64,000 nucleotides of DNA from Lama glama (lineage: Eukaryota): contig CM052817.1 in the NCBI GenBank assembly GCA_028534125.1, positions 12,278,001 to 12,342,000 on the forward strand, given 5' to 3'. Within the stretch, counting starts at the first letter, position 1. Every line of letters starts with the position of its first letter. The notes under the pieces are model-generated. The model worked only from the letters and a program-made list of their open reading frames with translations. It was not told the origin of the DNA and searched no databases. The position numbers were made by a program, and so were the translations under genes. Positions 38,138-51,351 of this stretch are shown here, one piece after another.

Positions 38138-38882
38138 AAGTTTTGCTTCATACTAGTCCGATGTTAAAAATTCTGGGACAGAACCGAAATTAAATTTTGC
38201 TTTGTAGCCACCTGATTGGTTTTGCTAGATCAGCAAATTACCTGACAACTGCTATGGCACGACAACTCCCCAGATACCGTATATTTTACGCCGTCTCTGA
38301 AATAAGCAGATCATTGCCATGGCTACTGCGTTACAAAATAGGAGCTAATGAGAAGTAATTCACTGGCAAAAGGCAGCATAAAACATGTGTTTGATTAAAG
38401 CAACTCTTTTGTTAAAGATTCTAGTTACTTTGGAGTGTGGGGAGAGTTTGTGATGCAAGTCATTAACCCTTATTATGATGATGTACCTCTAGCCTTCAAA
38501 TCAAATCCATGATATGGCTCAAAATGGGGGCGAATACACAGATGGGAAAAACCAATGATTCTTTTTAAGTCTTGAAGCTAGCAATTTACCTCCAGGCTTA
38601 CTTCTTTTGGAAAAACAAAATGAATGAACAAATAAGCAATCATTTTTTCACGAGTGAAATTAAGGTCAGCTAAACATCTGCTTTATTCTAGCCACGTGGC
38701 ACAATTTTCAGAGGAAGTTGCTGTGGCTGTAACCAGAATGTCAGAAAGGCTCACTTTCCAGCTTCAGCGGCTGTTGTGTTCATTTGATGGAATTTTGCTT
38801 TCTGTGGCATTTATGCCAAAAACAAACACCAGGGCAGGAAACGGAAAGGAAGATCAAGAGCTAGGAACTAGATATAGGTGAA

Positions 38883-41700
38883 CTCTTACTCTTTTTTCTA
38901 ATCAGTCTAATAAAAATTTTGTCAATTTCATTGTTCTTTTCAAAGAACCAACTTTTAGTTTGTTGATTTTGTCTACTATTCTTCCATTCAATATTTCATT
39001 CCTTTCAATTTTAACTTTCATATTTTCCCTTCTGATTGGTTTGACTTTAACTTACTCTTAGGTACTAGTTTCTTGAGTCTGATGTTAAGTTTTGACATGA
39101 GATATTTCTTCTTTTTTAATGCAGACATTTACAGCTATAAATTTCTCTCTAAGTTCTGCTTTAGTAGGACTCCATACATTTGGTATATTTTGATTTCTTC
39201 TTTGACCATTGATTATTTTGGAGTGTGTTATTTAATTTCCACGTATTTGTGAATTTCTGAAATTTCTTTCTGTTATTTATTTCTAACTTTATTCCATTTT
39301 GCTCAGACCACATAAAAACTATTCCAAAACACAGAAAAGGCAGGAATACTCCTCAACTCAGTTTATGAAACCAATATCATACTGATACCAAAAATAGAAA
39401 AAGATATCAGAAGAAAAGAAAACTACAAATCAATTTCTCTTATGAATATAATATAAACATCCTTAATATGCAAAATACAGAAACATATAACAGGGATAAT
39501 ATACCATGATAAAGTAGGGTTTATACCAAAAGTTTAAATTGAAAACGTAGTACAATATAATATGCTGTATTAATAGAATAAAAGTCAAAAACAAGATGAT
39601 CATCTAAATAGATGGCAAGAAAATCATTTCACAATATCCAAAATATGTTTCATGATAAAAAACACTCAAGAGATTATATAGAAGAAAATTTCCACAATTT
39701 GATAAAGACCATCTCCGAAAACACCAGAGCTAACATTATGCTTAATGGTAAAAGTGTAAATGCTTTCCCCTAATACCAGGAACAAAACAAAAATGTCTCC
39801 TGTGGTCACTTCAAAACTGTACTGGAAGTTATAGTTAGGGCAATTAGGCAAAAATGAAATAAAAGACATTCAGATTTGAAAAGAAGTAAAACTATCTCTA
39901 TTCACAGATGATATATCTTGTATATAGGAAATCCCAAGAAATCCTTCTCCCCATACCCACATACAACACACTGTTAGAACTAATCAATGAATGCATTAAA
40001 CTTACAGAATACAAGATTAATATTAAAAATCAATTATATTTCTACACACTAGAAATGAATAATCATAAATTGAAATTCAAAAAATCAATTTCCAATAGCA
40101 TAAAAATTATAAAATGCTTAGGAATACAGTAACAAAAGAAATGTAAGTTCACTAAAAATTATGAAAATTGTTAAAAGAGATTAAAGAAGAGCTAAATGAG
40201 TGGAAAACTAGTCCATATCCATGGATTGGAAAACTTAAGATGGCAATACTCTACAAAATGATCTGACCTCTATCAAAATGCCGGTTGTTTCTTATTGCAG
40301 AAATTGACAGACTGATCCTAAAATCCACATGGGGCACAGAATAGCCAAAATCATTAAAAAAAAATCATAATTGGAAGAATCGTAATTCCCAATTTAAAAT
40401 CTCACTACAAAGCTGCAGTAATCAAAAGTATTTTTCACTGGCATAGAATAAATATAAATTCATGAAGTGGAATTAAGTGTCCTTTACATTTATGATCATC
40501 AGATTTTTGACAAGGGTACCAAGATCATCCAATGAGGGTAAAGAACAGCCTTTTCAATAGATGATGAAAGGGACAAGTGGATTAAAAAAAAAAGATATAA
40601 CCCCACTTCACACTAATTACGCAATCAACTTGCAGTGGATCACAGGTCTAAATGTAAAAGCTTAAACTATAGAACACTTAAAAGAAAACATAGGAGTAAA
40701 TCTTTGGAGCATTTAATTTGGAAGTTCTTTCTTAGATATGACACCCAAAGCACAAACAACAAAAGAAAAAAATTCAGACCTCGTCAAAATGAATAAGTTT
40801 GGAGTTCACATGATGCTATCAAGAAAATTAAAAGACAACCCACAGAACTATAGAAAATATTTACAGATCACGTATCTGATAAGTATACAGTATCCTTATT
40901 AAATAGAAAAATGCAGGTGCACAAATAATCAACTAAAAATGGCAAAAGATTTGAATATATATTTATCCAAAGAAGATACAAAATATAGCAATAAACATAT
41001 TAAAAGATGCTCAATATTATAAAATGCAAGTCAAAACCACAATGAGATAGCAGTTCCTACCCTCTAGGATATCTACTGGAAGATTCATACGTTCCTGGTC
41101 GGGATATATAACAGAGCAGCTGCTTTGATAAACAATTTGGTATTTCCTCTAAGATGATGGCAATGGTTTCCATATGACTCAGATGTTCCATTTATATATA
41201 CATATATACTCAATAAAATTGAAAACATACATTCACACAAAAACTCACACATGAATGTTCACAGCAGCATTGCTCATATTAGCTAAAAATGGAGGGAACT
41301 CAAAAGTCTATCAATTGATTAATGGATAAGTAAAATGTGGCATATTTGTACAATGAAATATAATATGACCATAAAAAAGAATGAAACATTGATAGATGCT
41401 AAAACAGATAGGAACCTTGAAATAGTATGCTAAATGGAAAAAGCCAGACAGAAAATACCACTTGCTGTATAATATCATTTATATGAAATGCCCAGAATAG
41501 GTAAATGTAAAGTAAGATTAAAGTAGATTTTCAGGGACTGTGGGAAAGAAGAATGAGGATTAACTACTAAAGGATACAATGTTTCTTTTGGAGGGATAAA
41601 AAATATTCTAAACTTAATGAAGAAGTTTGCACAGTTCTGTGAGTATACTAATTTACCTCTGAACTATAATGTTAAAAATATTGGGTTAAATGAATTGTTT
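38883..41700 (+). mobile_element. L1MB-type element with 5' inversion
   Basis: 38883-39312 antisense early ORF2; 39313-41700 sense RT region to an L1MB-like 3'UTR (catttatatgaaatgcccagaataggtaaat; gtttcttttggagggataaaaaatattctaaa); many stops and frameshifts. Confidence 0.9.
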
Positions 41701-44700
41701 TCCAAGACTAAAAAATGAGTTTTGTTTTGTTTTGTTTTGTTTTTTCATTTTTGCCAATGGTGAATTTCATGACAAATCCCTGCTTGATCTTTCTGCAAGG
41801 ATCAGTTCAGAATATCCTCCTTCTTTGTGTATCCTTTCTCTAATGCTCAGCATTGATATTCTCACCTTTGTGAGTACATTTTTATTGCACTTATCAAAGT
41901 GTAAATCTATTAGTTGTTTATAAGTTCATTGACCCTCCTGGAGGTCAGGAACCATGTTTCATATGTATCCCTATCACAGAATCCAGGTTTGACAGTTGGA
42001 TGGAGATAAACACTCTAAGGAAGCTGCTGATGAACAGAGAGAGTAGCTTCTTAAGAGGACAGGTAACAAGAGACTTCTGATATTATATATGCAGATATAA
42101 AATGAAACAAGATAAATCCCAGAAAGGCTGATTGCCAATCAGTGAGTAAGGCTATTGACTGTTCAGGTGAAAAATAACAGATAGGATCAGAATTTAAGAG
42201 ACATCAAAGGAATAAATCTTGGGAGAAGATAGGAAAGAAAATCAAAGGAAGAGAAATGCTTTGGGCTTTTGCATCTGACAGGAGTGCAGGGCCATTTGGA
42301 AACACTAATGCCACATGAGGACAATTTATGCTGTTGCCAGAAAAGCTTGTTATCTTCTGCTCAGTGTGACCCATTGAAGTTGCAGGATTTTGGTAGCTGC
42401 CCATTTAGGGCAATCCATCATTTTCAACCCAGCTGCTCCATCCTTACTAGCAAAGTGGGTGGCAAATTGCAAAAGAAACAAATAGCTCACTTGTGCAATG
42501 AGATACTTTTCCCCAAATGTTTCCTGAGATGACAATTTCTTTGGTGTATCAACCTGGCCCTTCCAGTGCTCATTAGAAGTGGGATGTAGATATGTCAACA
42601 AACATTTCCAAGTCTCTGGAAGCAATCAACATGAACTCTGCAGGAGACATGGCTCTCTTCTTTTGTTCCAGAACTATGTGAAAGAGCTGATAGGCTCAAT
42701 TATGTGACAGCAGAGAGAAGGAGGAAAGATTGTCTGAAAGTCTTTTTTTTGTGAGTTAACTGTGGTGAGTGTGTATACATAATCCCACCATTAAGCTATA
42801 TTGGGGTAGATTTCAGATTCCATGGTTCTAGTGATGACTGGTGAGACATTCAAAATGTGTACATAATCAAAACTTTATTTCAAGTCCAAATAACATGGTC
42901 CTAAATATTTAAAGCCCACAGGATGGTATAGTTCCAGGAGAAGATTTTGTCAGCTCTTTGATTTGCATCCCCAAATCCTCTCACTTGTGCTTCATCCTAA
43001 ACCTTGGAGTAGCTTTGTTCAAGGTTTGGAGACACCCTCACCCTCATCCCCATGGATCATCTCTCACACTCAATCTCATTTCTTCACCCTCTGCAAACTA
43101 TCCAGTTCTTTTAAAACATGCAGAAGCTTGCTTCTTCTTGAGTTCTTTGTCATTGTCTATAATTTTCTCTAGGAGATAAGGGTTGGAGTTTTGGATCCTG
43201 ATAATGGAAAAATACTGCATCCTCTCAAAGTTTCATAGTAGCCTGACTTCCAGGTGGCAAAGTCTAATATGTTATCAGATGCTTTTCTTGATGAATACTA
43301 CTTCACTTCAGCCTGTCTTCTGCCCTTTTTCATGCTCAAAGATCCAAGACTATGTCCCCTTATGTTTTAAGCTCCTTTACCAAAGTCTCCCTTCTGCTAC
43401 TTCTGGGGATGCTAAGGAGCCATCTATCCTGGATGTAAGCAATAAAGTTATGCATTATCTGTAGATATTTTAACATTATAATAAAACTTACTGAAAATGA
43501 GCCTGCTTTTCACTACTGCCCTGAGCCAGCAATTTTTAATGATGCCAGTAATGAAATACTTGTCCCTACTGGAGCAGACCTGTCCCACTGCCCCCATCCT
43601 TACCCCCCATGCCACTATTGAAGAGTAAATGATTCCATTAAGAGCGAGACACGTCTGATTTGTTCCAAGTTGTGTAATCCACAGTACTTTGTATAACAGC
43701 TGCCATTTAGTAGATGATCATTAAGTATTTATTAAATTGAATGTTTACATGCGAAGGGAAGAAAACGTACAAAATAACTGAGGTTAAACTATGTGATATG
43801 TTCAGAGACATATACAAAATTGATATCCTGATGCATAAAGTATAAGGAGGATCCAGGGCATAAAATGCTTATGAAAAATGAGGAATATAAATTGGGCTTG
43901 TCAAGGTAGATACTGTATAAAAAGGCAGTAAAGGGCGATGAGAAAGGAAGAGAGTCACTCATATTGAAGAAAGACACATTTATTCAATTACTCAAACATA
44001 GTTTGAGCACTTTCTGTACAAGAGACATTTTATTTTTTTTGGCCCAGGAGATGTAAGATTTACAAGATACTGTTTGTTCCCACGTAAATCACAGTCTAGA
44101 GGGAGAAGTAGAAAGCATTAATAGCAAAACTATAAAGGGTGTCCTTTATGCGCCTTCTAAATACTAAGTGTTTTCCAAATATTAAGTGTCCTGATAAGGC
44201 TGGAAGGCAGGCGTTATGGTTATTAGCCTCTTATAAATGAGAAAACGGAAGGTCAGAGAGGCCCAGTCTCATACAGTTTCAGGTGAGGCAGCTGGTTTGT
44301 GAGGCCGGGACCATCTGGGCCCACTGGGAAACGGAATGAGAAAAAAATACCAGTTTTGTTTGTCTGCAGGGTGAGGTTCACAGGGGAGTGGAGGGAGCAT
44401 AAGACAGGAAAAGAAGGTTAGAGTCTTTCAACGGGATTCTGAAGACCCCAAATTACTGATGAAGTCCTGACAGAAAAAGAAAGCCATTTGTTAAAAAAAG
44501 AAAATGGGAAAATCAAAATCTAACATTTTGAGTCCTCCTACAAAATAAATTGGTATTTTTGGCATTTTCTCTTTATCCTTGATTTCCTTTAAATCCTGAT
44601 TTACTGGTGTATAATGTAAAAATAGATGCCTAAATAATATCTGGCCTGGTTCCATGGAGATTGCTTGAGACCTCAAATTGTCTAGGCTCATTAATATTAT

Positions 44701-44817
44701 AAGATGTATTCCCACAGTTTCAAGTAGATTCACTCCTCAAACAGAAACTGTCTTTCAAAAAAGCAAAAATTATAACTTAAAAGCAACAGAGTTATCCAAA
44801 TCTCCACTGCTGCATAT

Positions 44818-44912
44818 ATAAAAATACACAAATATGTGTATATGTAAGTGTGTGTATATATATGTGAACACACACACACATATATACACATATCCATACA
44901 CATATGTATGTA
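44818..44912. repeat. Degenerate (TA)/(TG)/(CA) low-complexity tract
   Basis: Direct reading. Confidence 0.8.
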
Positions 44913-47514
44913 TCACCTGCTTCACTTCACAATGAAATACAAAATGAACAGATCAAAAAGACAAAGAGCTGTATTTTACCCTATGTCAAATAGTCCGAAA
45001 TGCTATACATTTTAAGTGGATTTCTTAGTGTTTATATGTAACTAAAGTTACTATAAATGCTTAGAGAATCTTAAGTATACAGCCATATCAACAGTCTTTT
45101 CAAGAAGGTTGTATATGGAACCCATTAGTGAATTTCTTTCAAATATTCAAAATGCTGTTGTATTTGAGTCTCAGTGAGGAGGATTTGAGAATATTTGAGT
45201 TTACTCCCGAGGTATCTCCTTTGTTTTCACTGGTATTTGATGTTTCGTTCTCTGGGGTGTTGCAGGAAGAAGGGGTAGTTTAAAAAGGCCCAACAGAAGC
45301 AGGCCTGTTTTATGTTAAAAAGGCAAGTCAGTTTTGGACTTGCGTTGCTGTCTGTGTTTCATCCTGGGGCTTTAGGGATGAGAACAATTTCAGGGCACTC
45401 TGCTGTTCTCTGTGCGGGGGTCACAGAAGACCTGCAAGTCAGAATTTCTGGGCTCCAGCAGTCTCACAGCAAATCTGATTCATCTTTACAAATTACCAGA
45501 TAAATTGGATCATACTTTTAATAGATTATTTTAGGGTTTTTATATCATTTAGTAGATTGACTTCATTTTGGAAACAAACTCAAGCCCCTCTCCTAATTTA
45601 TATTGGAGCTCAGATACCACTAAGAAAAATTGGATGCCAAAGAGGTAAATACTTCGTTTTTAATGAATTGATGATTTCTTCTGCCTTATATGCCTAACTT
45701 GAAACGGACTTTATTCTTCTCAGTTCAAATAATGTCCATGGGTATATGTTTATTCATAATAAAGAATATATCAACAAAATTTTAATCACTAGATAACTCA
45801 GAGTAATTATTTTAGAGAATATCTACCAAAGTTATAGATGCCTTCTCCCATCTGGAATAGTGAGAAACTGAAATTTGAATAATCGGTAACTTCTCTGTCT
45901 TATCCCTGAGCACCCTTTATTTCCCACGCATGATCAGTTTGGCATCTGCAATGCTTTTCAATAAAATCCACTTCTGGGTTAACTGTAACAGAACCATTCT
46001 TCTATGAACACTCGTAAATAAATTTCCCAGGTGTCTTAACCAGGACTCCTATTGTTGTCATTTGGATCAAATTCAATCTAAACTGCATGAACACACACAC
46101 GCACAGACACAATTATCTGATAAATAAAAGTTTTAAAAAAAGAAAAGGTAAGTGAAATTTTTAGCTCAATTAACCAAACCTTAGGAAAGCAGAAGTCTCA
46201 TTCATGAGTAGAAGCTGTGTTGTCTTTCTCCTTTTGTCCACTCAGATTCTCTATCCGTCCTTTCCACTTTGAGAGCCTGCAAGTTCGGTAGGTCCTTGAT
46301 TGGCCCATCATGAGTTCTGTACACTTCCCTACACCAATCACTTAAGCCAGGTTAGTAAGAGCACATAAGAGGCTGGCAGCTCCTGTGGGATAATTTTCAA
46401 ATTAGGGAGGGAAGAATGAGTTTTCCAAAAGAAGAGAGAGAAATAAAAACATTACCAACCAGGATAGAAATTCTGTGCTGGGAGCCATCTCAGTTTGGAT
46501 CTTCCAATATGGGAAATTAATTGCATGAAATAGGTATTCTTGGACTAATTGTCTCCTCCAGAAATCACTTAAAATTTAATGTCTTATTGTTTGCTCTTTG
46601 GTTTTTGAGTGTAGGGGCAGGCAATTTTCACGAAAAGGAAATTACATGGTTCTTACCCATAGCTATTGTGAGGCATCAAGGTCAAACCGCTGGGTTGTCT
46701 TCCAACACAAACATGCCAACCTGTGCAATGATGCTATTTGTTAATATGTGGTGGTGACTCATTAAGCAAAACGAACAAAAGCATCGATACCTGTGAAGTT
46801 ATCAGTTCAATCAGTTCTGAAGAGTGTCCACAGCAAACCAAACTTAAATAGGTCTGGCTCAAAGATCTTAGGTGTAAGATCAGATGAAGCAGAATAAGTA
46901 GGAGTCAGGCCACTAAGTCATTCCAGAGGCAGCCAGAGGTCAGCTGCCTCTGAATTATAATTCAAAGCCAGTATCACTGATGGTGGATGCCTGAGGCTGA
47001 GGAGGAGGTTTGTGTTCTAGGCAGCTAATGGTGCAGCTTAGAGAATAGGGTGATCTACTGAGTTTATCAAAATACACGTTTAATCAATATGCATAGGTCA
47101 GTGGAGAGAGAGATTTTATATGAAAGTCCAAATTCTCTGTAGCTCAATCCCAAACTGGTATATGCTTAGCTCATTTTCTCTAGTTCCCTAATTGTTGTCT
47201 CTTTTTGTCCTAAGACATGCGTTTGTCTCCTTAGGTCATTCTAAAATATGCCGCTCCCTTCCCGTAAAATATGGGAAAAGACTCATCTGAATCACACCAG
47301 CTTTATTATTCTCTACCTGTTACAATTTTTCATCATAGTCTTTATTTCAGCAATTTGACCATAAGTGCCTTGTCCACCCTGTCCTTCTGGTGTTGTTTCT
47401 CACGAACCCACCTCAGACCCTCTTTTCCAAGACAACCTCCAGCCCTCGCACCAGTGCTCACAGACAAATCTCCTTTGACCCACTGAGGTTTTACTCACTT
47501 TCCTTATTTCCTTG

Positions 47515-47937
47515 AGTGGCAGAGACCAATTATTGTATGTCAAACTCATTTCCTTTCCTTTCCTGGAGGCACAGTTAGTCTGCTTCTCTCAGTCTCCCTT
47601 GCAGGGAAGTGCGGCCACTGAGTAAATTCTGGCCAATGAAATTGGAGTAAGACTAGCGTTCCTCACTCTCAGAGCCGTCCTGTCCAAACCTCCCATAATC
47701 CTGTGCATGAGCCTGTCTTTTCCCAGCCATCAAATCAATGGAGAGTTCACTAAGGGTCATCCCAGAAGGAGACAAAGCCGCAGATGGAAGAAGGGCTGGT
47801 CGGAGGGTAATTCTGTATGTGGCCAGAAGCACCCACCTTATATTGTGACAGGAAAACAAAACAAACCTTTTTTAAGTCACTGAGAAATATTTAGGGGTTT
47901 ACCTGTTATTCAAACAAGTGTTATTCTGACTGGTAAA
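47515..47937 (+). mobile_element. MLT1J-type LTR
   Basis: cagtctcccttgcag...ttctggccaatgaaat...gccgcagatggaagaagg...aagtcactgaga. Confidence 0.75.
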
Positions 47938-48401
47938 CGTCTTCCTCTGTCTTTAGTCAGCATCACCCAGAAAGAGTTGATTCTTCTCATCGCCAGCGCC
48001 TGGTGATTTATTCATTGAATTCCCTCTTCAGCTCTCGGGCTTCTCATTAGTCCAATGTCAGGGCTTACGGAGTCAGTGTACAGAGTATACAGTAACTTCT
48101 CAAAGGTCAATGCCTTCTTTCTTTCATATGTGTGATGGTGCCTATAAAGAAAGGCACGGAGCCTACACTATAGAGGTGCTTATTGGATTTAGAAATCCAC
48201 AAGAAAAATGTTGGAGACTTCATGTCCTCCCCAACCAAGAGAGGTCCATGGAACAAGTAAATCAGGACAAATGTGTTGCATCTGCACATTTACCAAATAC
48301 CACTCAAAACTCACACCAATTTTGAAAGTGTGCTTTAGATACTAACAATCAGAGCCAGGCTGGCTGATTATGTTACTGTTGCTCTCAGCCTCGCTTCCTT
48401 A

Positions 48402-49090
48402 GTTTTTTAGAGAACTTTTTTCTTTTTTAGGGCAGATTAAGTTCATAGCAAAATTGGGTGGTAGGTGCAGAGATTTCTCATACGATCCTAATTTTTTATA
48501 TGTGCAGCCTTCTCCACTACTGACATCCCTCACCAAAGTGGTAGTTTTTTTTTTTTTTAATGAAGAACCAACACTGACACAGCTTTATCAACCAAAGTCT
48601 ATAGTTTACCTTCGGGTTCATTCTTGATGCATTCTATGGGTTTTGAGAAATACCCAATGGCAGGTAGCTACTATATTAGGGCCACACAGAGTAGTTTCAC
48701 TGCTTTAAAACTCATTTGCAATCTACTAATTCATTACTCTCACCCTCCCTCCCAACTTCTGGCAACCACTGAACTTTTTACCATCTTTATAGTTTTGCCG
48801 TTTCCACCATGTCATGTAATTGGAACCATAGAGGATGTAATCTTTTCAGCGTGGCTTCAATTTTTTAGTAATAGTCATTTAAAGTTCCTTAATGTCTTTT
48901 CATAGTTTGATAGCTCATTTCTTTTTTAGTACTGAACCATTGTCTGGATGTACCACAGTTTATTTATCCGTTTACCTACTGAAAGGTGTCTTGGTTGCTT
49001 CTGAGTTTTGGAAATTTTGAATAAAGCTGCCAGAAACATCTGTGTGGTTATAAGCTTTTCAGTCATTTAAATAAAAACTAAGGAGTGTGG
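48402..49090 (-). mobile_element. L1MC1/2-type 3' end
   Basis: ttcatagcaaaattg...cagagatttctcata...ctggcaaccactga...tgtaccacagtttatttatcc; degenerate flanking repeat gcttccttag / gcctcctaa. Confidence 0.85.
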
Positions 49091-51033
49091 CCTCCTAATT
49101 TTTGTTACTGAACTGTCTTAACCCCATCACTGTTTTCAGTGGTAGTGGGACTAGTGTAAGCAGTTTTCCATTTTCTTTTCTCCAAATGGCAAACTCACAC
49201 ATGAAAACCCACAGAACTTTCAGTTAGCTTTTCTCTTGCATTTCAAGAGTCTTATTTCCCAAAAGGAAGGTCATGAGGAAGTTAAAGAAGTCGGATGTGC
49301 TACCTCAAGTCCAGAATACTCACTCCTGTGTGTATCTGCACAAAAGCAGGATTTTGTTGGCCATGGCTCCGTATAACCCCATAAAGATATCCCTTTACAA
49401 GGTCTGACTTCCAACCTCCTTTTCAATTACTCATTTCCCTTGATTTCTACTTCTTCTTGGTCCCTCAGCTGGGGCTTTTCACCTTTCCTTCTTTTTATGG
49501 TTCTGAAATCTTCATCCCCCTACACAGAGAAATCCTCTTTTAGGATTTATGCTGCTGAGGAAAGGTGCCATAGGAAGTCCAGCTCACGATGATGGAGGAT
49601 TAAAACTGGCTAAGAGATGATTTGTCCATGAGTTACAACTTAGCCTTTCTTTCTTATTAATCCTGATATCTTAAAATAAAAACAACAGAAAGTTTTCAGA
49701 TGAGGACTACAATCTCAATAACAATTGTTAGTCCTTTAATATTAAAAGTGTATCTGTCTCCTTTCTACACATTAATTGCATTATGTAGCTGCTTTCAGAG
49801 CCTCGTCTTTAATTCTGGAATCATGTTTCTTTTTCCTGTCTGCAGCATGTGATGGAAAAGGCCACCCCACACAAATTAATATTGAGAATGCTTTGACTGC
49901 ATTGTTTTTTCTTGTTTGATATCACATTTGGTACCGACTATAATTTGTCTAAAGGTGTTACAATCAGAGTGTAAGAGGATTCCTGTATCTCACATGTCAC
50001 ATCAATCAGCTTCAATTTAGCAGAAAACAATATCTTGAAAAGAAATAATACAGAAAGGAGGATGACAAGTATCATGTTCCCATCACTTTCCTCTGCTGGG
50101 ATCTCAAGTCTTCAGTCCCTCACTCACCATGCTACCTTCGCAATGAGCATCTTCAGTGCTGTAGTATTGTGTGTCTTTTGCCTCCAGCCCTCCTATCCTC
50201 TGCCTAACTGGAGATACTCTTTCAGCTTTTGTGGATCAGCCTTGGGACAGTGTCCAGTCAATAGATTTGCCTGACCATCTTCACACTCCACCCTGACTCT
50301 CCTAGAACTCATTTTCTTTCACCAGGGTTACAACTCCTGGGATCAACAGTCACATAGAATCCTCTGACTGAATCCTCCTGGAAGCAGACTGCCCTCTCCT
50401 GTGTGTCCCCCAAGATCTGCTTTCACCATGAAAGCCTGAAAACCAGGGCCTGTACCCTGAAATGAATTGTTCAACAATCTCTGTAAAACCAGAAATAATG
50501 AGAAAAACTGTGATTTTTTTTAATAAAGCCCCGTACATCAGTTTAAGAATCTGACTTTATTCTGACAGCATGATATTAAATTGCTTTATATTTTATGAAA
50601 ATGCAACTGTAATTGGATTTTCTCAGTGTCTGCATTTGGCAAAATCAAAAGTTAGCAATCAAATCTGAGTTTTCAAGTTGAAGTAAATAAATACACACTG
50701 CTTTATAAAATTCACATATCTGCCACAGCACCTGTCCATACTTATGACAAATGCTTTTTTACATAAATGAGTGTCTCTGTAGACTCCAGGCCCTGTGACA
50801 GTAGAAGTCATACCTTATTCATCTAGACACCAGGATCTAATACAGCGTATGTTTAAGGAATATTCTCTGCAGAAAGATGGAGGGAAGAAAAGTAACAAAA
50901 AGTTAAGAAGAGTATTAGAAATATTTTCTTTTAATCTTCTTCTGGGCATAATTTTAAGAAATGTGAAAGACTTCTCCCCCAAAACAATATGGTACTTCAA
51001 GACATCAATATCTGTCTATAATAAGAATTTCAG

Positions 51034-51142
51034 ATATGAAAATGAATATATGTATGTATATGCATGACTGGGACATTGTGTTGCACACCAGAGATTGACA
51101 CATTGTAATTAACTGTACTTCAACTGAAATAAAAAAAAAATC
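51034..51142 (+). mobile_element. About 110-bp camelid-type L1 3' end with 10-bp TSD
   Basis: gcatgactgggacattgtgttgcacaccagagattgacacattgtaa plus A-tail; AGAATTTCAG at 51024-51033 and 51143-51152. Confidence 0.92.
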
Positions 51143-51245
51143 AGAATTTCAGTCTTTTATGTCTGCTTGCTCCTATCTAGATATATAAATGCATATAAAA
51201 TATATATATAAAAAGAAGTAGTTTATTTCATAAAGTAAAACTACA

Positions 51246-51351
51246 CTTAGAATGAAGATCTCTAGATCCATCCACGTTGCTGCAAATTGCATTTTATTCT
51301 TTTTAATGGCAGAGATAGACACATTGTAATTGACTGTACTTCAAAAAAAAA
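51246..51351 (+). mobile_element. About 105-bp L1 insertion with 5' inversion
   Basis: 51246-51310 antisense ORF2 end (compare 9968-10035); 51311-51351 sense terminal 3'UTR and A-tail; flanks AAAACTACA 51237-51245 and AATACTACA 51350-51358. Confidence 0.8.

Noticed and set aside
46924..46952. 10-bp inverted repeat CAGAGGCAGC/GCTGCCTCTG
   Set aside because: About one such stem is expected by chance in 64 kb
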